The notes under the pieces are model-generated. The model did no database searches, had not been told where the DNA came from, and worked only from the letters and a program-made list of their open reading frames with translations. Made by a program: the position numbers and the translations under genes. Below are positions 1-6,450 of a stretch of DNA of 36,475 nt, piece after piece. This stretch comes from an uncultured Candidatus Saccharibacteria bacterium. GTDB lineage: Bacteria; Patescibacteriota; Minisyncoccia; Phycocordibacterales; CAIJYI01. Every line of letters begins with the position of its first letter. The stretch's first letter is position 1. Location: assembly GCA_964428135.1 (NCBI GenBank), contig CAYRXD010000003.1, positions 1 through 36,475 on the forward strand. The letters run 5' to 3'.

Positions 1-83
1 TTATACCAGACGAACGAGAGTTCGATGCTTTTCCCTTTCAGGGGGTAAGTTCAACAGCATTTGTTTTATTAAAAAGGAAGCAG

Positions 84-112
84 TTGAAAAAGACAAATTA
101 ATCTCTTTATAA
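84..112 (+). promoter_or_regulatory. Sigma70-like promoter directly abutting the start codon at 118 (leaderless architecture)
   Basis: TTGAAA (84-89), 17-nt spacer, TTATAA (107-112), then 5 nt to ATG 118. No Shine-Dalgarno in between. Confidence 0.4.
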
Positions 113-117
113 AAACA

Positions 118-1725
118 ATGAAAAAAATACTCTTTGGCTTGATATTTCTCGCCCTTCCTTTTAATGCTTTCGCATTGACGGCAAACATATTGGTTGTAGG
201 CGGTGGTGGTGTAGGAGGCACAAGTGGTGGCGGAGGCGGAGGGGGTGGTGGTTATCAATCCAATACTTCTTTTACCGTAACTCCACAGGAGTATTCAGTA
301 ACGGTTGGAGCAGGAGGTTCTGGGGTAGATGGCAATGGCGACGGCAATAATGGAGGAGATAGTATCTTCGGCTCTATTACAGCAATCGGAGGCGGTGGAG
401 GGGCAACAAATGAGTACCCCACAGCTGGAAAGGATGGAGGTTCAGGCGGTGGAGGATCTTTCAGGGTGTCTGGTCTTTCAAGTGGTGGAACAGGAAGTCA
501 AGGGAGCAATGGTGGCGGAGGAACAAGCCTAAATAATTTTAGTATTGGCGGAGGCGGTGGTGGTGCAGGTGCTGTTGGAGGCGACGGCAGTGCTTTCACC
601 GGCAATGGAGGCAATGGCGGAGACGGAACATATAACTCAATTTCCGGTTCATTCACAGCTTATGGCGGAGGAGGTGGCGGAGGGATAGATACTCGTACCG
701 GCGGAGTGAGTGGAAATGGTGGCGCGGGGGGTGGAGGCGGACTAAACACTCCCGGCACGCCAAATACAGGCGGCGGGGGATCTGGCGGAACTCACGATGG
801 TGAAGGCAATATTGTAGCATACGGAGGGGGTTCAGGGGTTGTAATAATCAGTGTTGTAAGAGCTGACTTTTCGGGATACACCATAACCGGCGGAACAAAG
901 ACAACTGACGGGGCTAATGATGTTTATACTTTTACAAGTAACGGCACATGGACACTCTCTACATCAACTCCTACTATCACCGGCTCCGGCACCGCAAACC
1001 GCCTCGCCAAATTCATCACCGGCACAAGTATCGGCAACGCCCTTTTCTCCGACGACGGCATCGACACCACTTTAACGAGCGGAAATTTGTTTTTACAAAT
1101 CGGTTCCGCGATTGATTCTGTAGCCAACGGCGTCCTCAACTTCGGCACCACACTTGCCACCACTATGAACTTCGGCCGCACGGGACAGAAAATGATTATA
1201 AACAGCGACGTGGGAATAGGAACAGCTATTCCAACCCAAAAACTCGATGTGAACGGCGGAATTTTCTCAAATTTCCTTCACCTTCTCGCCGGAGGACTCG
1301 GTATTGATACCGATACGGCGGGAGTGCTTTCTATTGGTGCCACGAACGCAAACAGTATTCAAATTGGGCATACGGGAATGACGACTATGGTCCCTGGAAC
1401 GCTTTCCGTAGGAAAAATGGGAACGGTCGCTAATTGTAATTCCTCCGCTTCTCCCGCGATCTGCGATGGCGCTCCAGCCGGAAGCGTTGCGCTCGGAGCC
1501 GGGGACACCACGCTTACAGTGAATACGAGTGCGGTTACTCCGGACAGCCAGATATTTGTCACGGAAGATTCGTCTCTTGGTACGCGCCTCGGAGTAACGT
1601 GCAACACCGCCATTAATCGCAACTATCGGATAAGCGCGCGAACTCCGGGCGCAAGTTTCACCATTAGGTCAAACAGCGCTCCGGCACAGACCCAAGCATG
1701 CTTGAGTTATTGGGTGGTGAATTAG
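118..1725 (+). CDS. Secreted glycine-rich surface/fibre-like protein
   Basis: 535-aa ORF with signal peptide MKKILFGLIFLALPFNAFA. About 240 aa are dominated by Gly (runs up to G9) with the pattern ILVVGGGGxGG...VTVGAGGSG...AIGGGGGA, typical of the Gly_rich (PF12810, ALK/LTK GlyR-like) family. A fibre-like segment follows: GSGTANRLAKFITGTSIGNALFSDDG...VGIGTAIPTQKLDVNG. The C-terminal domain has 4 Cys and ends ACLSYWVVN. Confidence 0.7.
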   Translation: MKKILFGLIFLALPFNAFALTANILVVGGGGVGGTSGGGGGGGGGYQSNTSFTVTPQEYSVTVGAGGSGVDGNGDGNNGGDSIFGSITAIGGGGGATNEYPTAGKDGGSGGGGSFRVSGLSSGGTGSQGSNGGGGTSLNNFSIGGGGGGAGAVGGDGSAFTGNGGNGGDGTYNSISGSFTAYGGGGGGGIDTRTGGVSGNGGAGGGGGLNTPGTPNTGGGGSGGTHDGEGNIVAYGGGSGVVIISVVRADFSGYTITGGTKTTDGANDVYTFTSNGTWTLSTSTPTITGSGTANRLAKFITGTSIGNALFSDDGIDTTLTSGNLFLQIGSAIDSVANGVLNFGTTLATTMNFGRTGQKMIINSDVGIGTAIPTQKLDVNGGIFSNFLHLLAGGLGIDTDTAGVLSIGATNANSIQIGHTGMTTMVPGTLSVGKMGTVANCNSSASPAICDGAPAGSVALGAGDTTLTVNTSAVTPDSQIFVTEDSSLGTRLGVTCNTAINRNYRISARTPGASFTIRSNSAPAQTQACLSYWVVN

Positions 1726-1753
1726 GGAGAGAAAAATTGTCCGCCATTGTCAA

Positions 1754-1790
1754 AAACCGCCCCAGGAAATTTCTTGGGGCGGTTTACGTG
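1754..1790 (+). terminator. Intrinsic terminator after the glycine-rich gene
   Basis: 11-bp perfect stem, aaaccgcccca (1754-1764) / tggggcggttt (1775-1785), with a 10-nt loop. Only a short T tract (TTT) follows. Confidence 0.5.
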
Positions 1791-1795
1791 CGTAG

Positions 1796-1824
1796 TTGCT
1801 TTCATGTGTATAAATGGGTAAAAT
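1796..1824 (+). promoter_or_regulatory. Sigma70-like promoter abutting ATG 1831
   Basis: TTGCTT (1796-1801), 17-nt spacer, TAAAAT (1819-1824), then 6 nt to ATG. No SD. Confidence 0.4.
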
Positions 1825-1830
1825 TTAATC

Positions 1831-3132
1831 ATGAAAGCAAACAGGGTTCTTATTATTGGTGCCGGGCTTGCGGGGCGTAAAACTCTTCAGCAGATAAGAA
1901 AGGAGCGCCGCTCGGATATTTTTGTTGTTGGTTTTGTCGACGATGATCCAAAAAAACAAGATACGGAGATCGGCGGGGTGGCTGTTCTTGGGGTGATCGA
2001 CACTATACCGCGCTTGGTAAAAGCAGAAAACATAGATCAGGCCCTGATCTCTACGCCATCGGTGGGCGGAGAACTCGTTACCCGAGTGACCCGCCTGCTT
2101 CCGCCCGGAATCTCCATAAAAGTCCTTCCGAGTATCTCTTCGGTTATTTTAGGGAAGGTTGATCTCTCATATATCCGCGATATTGACCCGTCCGACCTGA
2201 TCGGCAGGCCACTTGTAAAATCCAACCAAGAGATCATTTCGGAAAAAGCAAAAGGGAAAAGTTTTTTGGTCACCGGGGGCGCCGGTTCGATAGGGAGTGA
2301 GATTGTACGTCAGCTGTACGATTCAAAGGCAAAGCGAGTGGTTGTATTGGATTCATGGGAAGAAGGTGTTTATCATCTGCTTGAAGAGCTTGGACCAAAA
2401 CGCAGCGCTGAGCGTCCGGATCTGAAAACTTTTATCGGCAATATTCGCGATAAAAAACGAGTTGAGGAAATACTCGAACTTTTTCCTGTCGATGTAATTA
2501 TTCACGCCGCGGCGTACAAACACTTGCCGTTGATGGAAGATAACCCCGGAGAAGCGCGAAAAACGAACTTCCAAGGTACGAAAAATATGCTGGATATCGC
2601 CATAAAGTACGGAATCAAGGATTTCGTGCTGATCTCTACGGACAAAGCGGTAAATCCGTCTTGTGTAATGGGGGAGACGAAACGCCGAGCGGAGCTCCTC
2701 GTGAAGGCTTACGCGAAGAAATATACCAATCATCGTTTTTGCGCAGTACGGTTTGGAAATGTTTTGAACTCTTCCGGAAGCATCGTTCCGAAGTTTTTGA
2801 AACAAATACAGAACCGGACGGCGCTCACTATCACCGATAAGGAGATGACTCGTTATTTCATGTCCATTCCCGAAGCCGTATCTCTCGTGCTTTCGTCATG
2901 GGTGATATCAAAAAATGGGCAGATACTCCTTTTGGATATGGGTGAACCGATAAAGATTCTCGATCTTGCCATAAACCTCCTTCGGATACACGGACTTGAA
3001 CCGTATAAAGACATAGAAATAAAAGAAACCGGCATACGTCCGGGAGAAAAGATACATGAAAAACTCGCTTATGACAAACATGGTATCAAACCGAGTTCTC
3101 TAGAACGGATCTTTATCGCGGAAGAGATATAA
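1831..3132 (+). CDS. Polysaccharide biosynthesis protein of the CapD/PglF/WbpM family (NDP-HexNAc 4,6-dehydratase type), soluble form
   Basis: 433 aa. Rossmann motif LVTGGAGSIGSEI. Family motifs AAAYKHLPLMEDNPGEARKTNFQGT, ISTDKAVNPSCVMGETKRRAE, VRFGNVLNSSGSIVPKF and MTRYFMSIPEAVSLVL. The N-terminal CoA-binding-like domain is present, but the N-terminal TM helices of WbpM/PglF are absent. Confidence 0.85.
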   Translation: MKANRVLIIGAGLAGRKTLQQIRKERRSDIFVVGFVDDDPKKQDTEIGGVAVLGVIDTIPRLVKAENIDQALISTPSVGGELVTRVTRLLPPGISIKVLPSISSVILGKVDLSYIRDIDPSDLIGRPLVKSNQEIISEKAKGKSFLVTGGAGSIGSEIVRQLYDSKAKRVVVLDSWEEGVYHLLEELGPKRSAERPDLKTFIGNIRDKKRVEEILELFPVDVIIHAAAYKHLPLMEDNPGEARKTNFQGTKNMLDIAIKYGIKDFVLISTDKAVNPSCVMGETKRRAELLVKAYAKKYTNHRFCAVRFGNVLNSSGSIVPKFLKQIQNRTALTITDKEMTRYFMSIPEAVSLVLSSWVISKNGQILLLDMGEPIKILDLAINLLRIHGLEPYKDIEIKETGIRPGEKIHEKLAYDKHGIKPSSLERIFIAEEI

Positions 3133-3223
3133 AAAGTCGAAAGTCTATAAAGTCCGTAAAGTCAAAAGTCACGACGGCGTCGGCGTACTTTATAGACTTT
3201 AAGGACTTTTGACTTTATGGACT
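3133..3223. repeat. Segmented inverted repeat built from AAAGTC / GACTTT words; cargo-less hairpin, probable bidirectional terminator
   Basis: Left arm: aaagtcgaaagtctataaagtccgtaaagtcaaaagtcacgacg. Right arm: cgtactttatagactttaaggacttttgactttatggact. By hand the words pair in helices of about 5+7+7+6+4 bp separated by small internal loops. The element is flanked by an A run (3131-3135) and a T run (3225-3229). It lies between convergent genes, and the right arm supplies the last codons and stop of the AsnB-like gene. Confidence 0.75.
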
Positions 3224-4972
3224 ATTTTTCCTCGTTTCAAGCCACAGCTCCAAACACAAAAGCATCCAAATTTTGTAGGATTGGAATCCATGTTTGTTTG
3301 CTTGGAAGTCGTGAAGTATTTTTCGAATTTCTTTTTCGTCGAGTATTCCATAGATGCGAGCTTCTTTTTTCAGAAGCTTTTCATCAATAAAATTTTGTAC
3401 CTCCGGCAACCTCAGCCATTCTTCGACCGGTGCGCCGAAACCCTGTTTTTTTCGGTGTACGAAATCCTGCGGCATAAATTCGCCTAACAAGTCTTTTAAA
3501 ATTTTTTTCCCTATTTTATATTCTTCGGGTAAATTGAATACGAACTCGGCAAGCTGATAATCGAGAAAAGGAGAACGCACTTCGAGCGAATGCATCATGG
3601 ACATGCTATCCGCTTTTAAGAGAAGCTGTCCGGGGAGATAGGTAGCGAGGTCAAAGAGATTTATTTTTTCAATCGGGTTGAGTTTACTTGCCGTCAAGCT
3701 GTCGGGAATGAATCCATTGATATGATTTTCCTTTCCCCATAATTTTTTTCTCTCCTTTTCGCTGAAAACGGAAATAGTCCGGATGTATCCTTGAAAAGCG
3801 TTAAGAAAGATTTTTTCAAACGTATGCGCCTTATACGATAAGTGCTTATGTCTCGTATACCAGCCATAGCCCATAAAGAGCTCATCTGCGCCATCGCCGG
3901 AGAGCGCGACTTTTACTTTGCTTGCGGTAAATTGCGCCAGAAGAGCGTGCGGAAAATCGGAAGAGTCGGCGTGCGGTTGGTCAAAATAGGACAGTACCTC
4001 TCTAAGCTCTTCGATAAGGTTTTCGTTCGCTTGAAGCGTATAATGGTCGGTACCTACTTCTTCAGCGGCTTGTTTTGCGTAGGGGAGTTCGCTTCGGAGA
4101 TCGCCGTATCCGAGTGAAAAGGTTTTAATTGGCTTTTGTAAAAACCTTTGCGCATAAGCCGTAACGAGTGTCGAGTCAACTCCGCCGGAAAGGAATGAAC
4201 CTATTTCCACATCCGCAATCATTCTTTTTTTGACGGCTTCGGTAAAGAGCCGGCGCACTTCTTCTTTTGCGTCATTGTAGGAAATGGTGATGGGGGAATA
4301 TTTGAGTTCCCAATATTTCTTTTTTGAAAGTTCGCCATTCTGATACGTAGCGCTTTCTGCAGGTGCAAGTGTAAATATGTTTTTGTAGACGGTCTTCGTC
4401 GGCGGAATATACATCAGGGCGAGATAATTATCCATTGCTTCCATATCCAGAACGCCTGTTACTTTTCCGGAAGCTAATACCGCCTTTATCTCCGATGCAA
4501 AAATAAAATTTTTTTCATCGTCGAATGCATAATAGAACGGTTTCTTCCCAAAACGGTCGCGCGCCACGAAAAGCGCATTTTTTTTATTATCCCAGATAGC
4601 GAATGCGAACATGCCGTCAAGATATTTCGGGCACTCCTCGCCGTATTCCGCGTATGCCTTCAAAATAACTTCGGTATCAGAGTTGGTAGAAAATTTGTGT
4701 CCTTTTTGTTGGAGCGAGGCTTTCAGTTCAAGGTAATTATATATCTCACCGTTGAAAGTAATGGCATAGTTGCGCGCATTGTCCTTCATTGGCTGGTGTC
4801 CGCTTGAAAGGTCAATAATTGAGAGTCGTGTTTGCCCAAAGATACATCGAGGAAAAGCGAGTGTCCCTTTTTCGTCGGGTCCGCGCTTTGCGAGACTCGC
4901 GAGCGCCAAATCAACCCCATTTTTTTTGTAGGGTTCAAGTGAATTTCCAACAATTCCAAAGATGCCGCACAT
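3215..4972 (-). CDS. Asparagine synthase (glutamine-hydrolysing) family amidotransferase, glycan-cluster type (WbpS/AsnB-like)
   Basis: 585 aa. N-terminal MCGIFGIVG (Ntn Cys2). SGGVDS PP-loop motif (FLSGGVDSTLV). Typical AsnB length and order. Confidence 0.85.
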   Translation of the reverse strand: MCGIFGIVGNSLEPYKKNGVDLALASLAKRGPDEKGTLAFPRCIFGQTRLSIIDLSSGHQPMKDNARNYAITFNGEIYNYLELKASLQQKGHKFSTNSDTEVILKAYAEYGEECPKYLDGMFAFAIWDNKKNALFVARDRFGKKPFYYAFDDEKNFIFASEIKAVLASGKVTGVLDMEAMDNYLALMYIPPTKTVYKNIFTLAPAESATYQNGELSKKKYWELKYSPITISYNDAKEEVRRLFTEAVKKRMIADVEIGSFLSGGVDSTLVTAYAQRFLQKPIKTFSLGYGDLRSELPYAKQAAEEVGTDHYTLQANENLIEELREVLSYFDQPHADSSDFPHALLAQFTASKVKVALSGDGADELFMGYGWYTRHKHLSYKAHTFEKIFLNAFQGYIRTISVFSEKERKKLWGKENHINGFIPDSLTASKLNPIEKINLFDLATYLPGQLLLKADSMSMMHSLEVRSPFLDYQLAEFVFNLPEEYKIGKKILKDLLGEFMPQDFVHRKKQGFGAPVEEWLRLPEVQNFIDEKLLKKEARIYGILDEKEIRKILHDFQANKHGFQSYKIWMLLCLELWLETRKNSP

Positions 4973-4985
4973 GTGAGTTTATCAA

Positions 4986-5013
4986 GTTGTAAAGTTCATA
5001 AAGTTCGACGGCG
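4986..5013. repeat. Degenerate left-arm copy of the AAAGTC word repeat (AAAGTTC variant)
   Basis: gttgtaaagttcataaagttcgacggcg shares the ...aaagt(t)c..cgacggcgt end with the left arm at 3155-3180. It lies just downstream of the MazF-like gene. Confidence 0.45.
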
Positions 5014-5043
5014 TTCTTGCATCCGTTATTTTTCTTAGGCGTC

Positions 5044-5391
5044 TTAATCCGTGACGTATTTTACATATTCAAGCTGAATGCGATTTATTTCGTTTTGGTC
5101 TAAATGTCCTATTTTTTTCTGCAACAAACTCATATCTGCCGCGAATGATTGGGCAAGGAGAACAAATGATGTCATGGTCAGGCCGTTGTCTGTCGTCGGC
5201 AAAACTTCCACTACGTATTTCTGGTGAAGTTTCTTTTTTGAGGTGCAAGGAGCAACAGTGACTGTTTCGCCGGTCACTTGGGTTACTATGACGTGCGGGC
5301 GTATCCCATTTTGGATATGACCGATCGCATTCGTATTTTCGACAAGCCAGACGTCTCCCTTCTTTATTTTTTTATGTACGATGTTTTGCAT
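5044..5391 (-). CDS. Type II toxin, PemK/MazF family
   Basis: KKGDVWLVENTNAIGHIQNGIRPHVIVTQ...TVAPCTSKKK...LLAQSFAADMSLLQKKIGHLDQNEINRI matches the MazF/PemK layout (GD-W-V, G-x-RP-V-V, P-x-TS, Q...D..L..KIG.L). The first ATG is at 5391. The ORF-track start at 5418 is a TTG. Confidence 0.75.
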   Translation of the reverse strand: MQNIVHKKIKKGDVWLVENTNAIGHIQNGIRPHVIVTQVTGETVTVAPCTSKKKLHQKYVVEVLPTTDNGLTMTSFVLLAQSFAADMSLLQKKIGHLDQNEINRIQLEYVKYVTD

Positions 5392-5500
5392 GGAGAATAG
5401 CTTGCTGTTCCAAGGCAATTTGTTGCCAAAATTTAGACTCCGTCATGGTTTTACTAGGGTGTTTTTTTTGGAAAAGTGAATTTTTCTTTGCGGTTTTCAT
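5372..5500 (-). CDS. 42-codon ORF upstream of and overlapping the MazF-like gene; candidate (atypically short) antitoxin
   Basis: My translation is MKTAKKNSLFQKKHPSKTMTESKFWQQIALEQQAILHAKHRT. The ORF is absent from the supplied track (under 60 aa). It overlaps the toxin start by 20 nt, and a near-consensus promoter ends 6 nt before its ATG. I recognise no antitoxin family. Confidence 0.35.
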   Translation of the reverse strand: MKTAKKNSLFQKKHPSKTMTESKFWQQIALEQQAILHAKHRT

Positions 5501-5506
5501 GCCTTT

Positions 5507-5535
5507 ATTATATACCAAAAACTTTATATTGGCAA
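5507..5535 (-). promoter_or_regulatory. Near-consensus sigma70 promoter of the toxin module, leaderless architecture
   Basis: Minus strand reads TTGCCA (5535-5530), 17-nt spacer, TATAAT (5512-5507), then 6 nt (aaaggc) to ATG 5500. Confidence 0.6.
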
Positions 5536-5547
5536 ACTAAAAAACGA

Positions 5548-5580
5548 GGGACTTTATTTATAGACTTTAAGGACTTATAT
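5548..5580. repeat. Right-arm copy of the AAAGTC/GACTTT word repeat
   Basis: gggactttatttatagactttaaggacttatat. Its terminal ggacttatat is identical to 10947-10956. In both places it contains the stop codon of the upstream minus-strand gene (fucosyltransferase here, wzm there). Confidence 0.6.
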
Positions 5581-6450
5581 TCGTACCCACCCTTCTGCTA
5601 AAACATCCTCGGAGCTTGTCGTTTTTTTCTTCGGATTATTGAACCATCGTGTCGGACCGATGACGATTTTATTCGGATTTTGTGAGAGCCATGCGCCCCA
5701 CCATGAGAATGTGCTGTTCGCGATGATATGATGCTTGCATAAGCTCATCAGGCGCAAGTCTTCATAATTTTTGTCGGCGCCGTTGTGGTCGACGTATGTG
5801 GTGGGTACGCCGAGTTTGATGTTTTCTTTCACCCACGCATGGTCATCGGAGAAAACAAATACATGAGGATTGGAAACTTTTTCAAGAATTAATCCAATGG
5901 CTTTTTTGTAGTAATTCAATCCTTGGGTGCCGAAATAGTCATTTGATACCGGATCGCTGACGTAGTCGCCGCGGCGTATGTGCATCATGACAGAGTTTGT
6001 CGCTAGTATTTTATCGGCAACTTCTTTGTCTTTTCCGGAGAGGGGAGTTTTTACGACGATCTCTTTTCTAAGAATATCCGCGATGTCTTTAAAGTACTTT
6101 TCAGTCTGCCAATCACCGTCGAGGTAGACATTATTTCCCGTTCGTAAGATGCGCGGATCGAAGTGAAATTGCCTCTGCTGTATGTATTTTCGTTCCGCGA
6201 TAAGCTTATTAAAGATGTACCACTTTCTTCCTGGCTTTCTTTTTAATTTTTTAAATCGCGCCACTTCTTCTTTTGTCGCAAAATTTTCGACGATGTTAAA
6301 ATGACTCAAGCTGTAGGCATGAAGCTTGTATTCTTCAAAGCCCGTGATATCGAGCTTCAATTCCGTATGATGTATTTCGGCAAGATGCCGCCCAAGCGCG
6401 TATTGAAAGAGTTGGTTTCCCAAGCCCCCGATAAGTTTAACGATTATCAT
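5575..6450 (-). CDS. Alpha-1,2-fucosyltransferase (glycosyltransferase family 11)
   Basis: 291 aa. MIIVKLIGGLGNQLFQYALGRHLA, HIRRGDY and ANSTFSWWGAWL are GT11 hallmarks. ATGA overlap with the upstream gene. Confidence 0.85.
   Translation of the reverse strand: MIIVKLIGGLGNQLFQYALGRHLAEIHHTELKLDITGFEEYKLHAYSLSHFNIVENFATKEEVARFKKLKRKPGRKWYIFNKLIAERKYIQQRQFHFDPRILRTGNNVYLDGDWQTEKYFKDIADILRKEIVVKTPLSGKDKEVADKILATNSVMMHIRRGDYVSDPVSNDYFGTQGLNYYKKAIGLILEKVSNPHVFVFSDDHAWVKENIKLGVPTTYVDHNGADKNYEDLRLMSLCKHHIIANSTFSWWGAWLSQNPNKIVIGPTRWFNNPKKKTTSSEDVLAEGWVRI

Noticed and set aside
1-258. 85-aa minus-strand ORF at the window edge
   Set aside because: It overlaps the promoter and start of the glycine-rich gene, and its product mirrors the Gly codons (Thr/Pro/Ala-rich). 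Bases 1-70 may hold a terminator of an unseen upstream gene, but the window is too short to tell.
118-1725. Glycine-rich / tail-fibre-like gene as evidence of a prophage
   Set aside because: No capsid, terminase, integrase or other phage genes are adjacent within the window. It has a signal peptide, and the gene is followed directly by housekeeping-type glycan genes.
3133-3223. Possibility that the AAAGTC arrays are a CRISPR array
   Set aside because: The units are only 7-9 nt with 1-4-nt joints. There are no constant 25-40-nt repeats separated by unique spacers. The arms are inverted rather than direct, and no cas genes are present.
5391-5418. Longer N-terminal extensions offered by the ORF track (5418, 9242, 10967, 11787, 12747, 14110, 17070, 23313, 29530, 32261, 34580)
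   Set aside because: - Most begin at TTG/GTG codons or would overlap upstream genes or repeats.
- Conserved N-terminal motifs, SD sequences or promoter-abutting ATGs support the shorter starts.
- These remain predictions without experimental start mapping.
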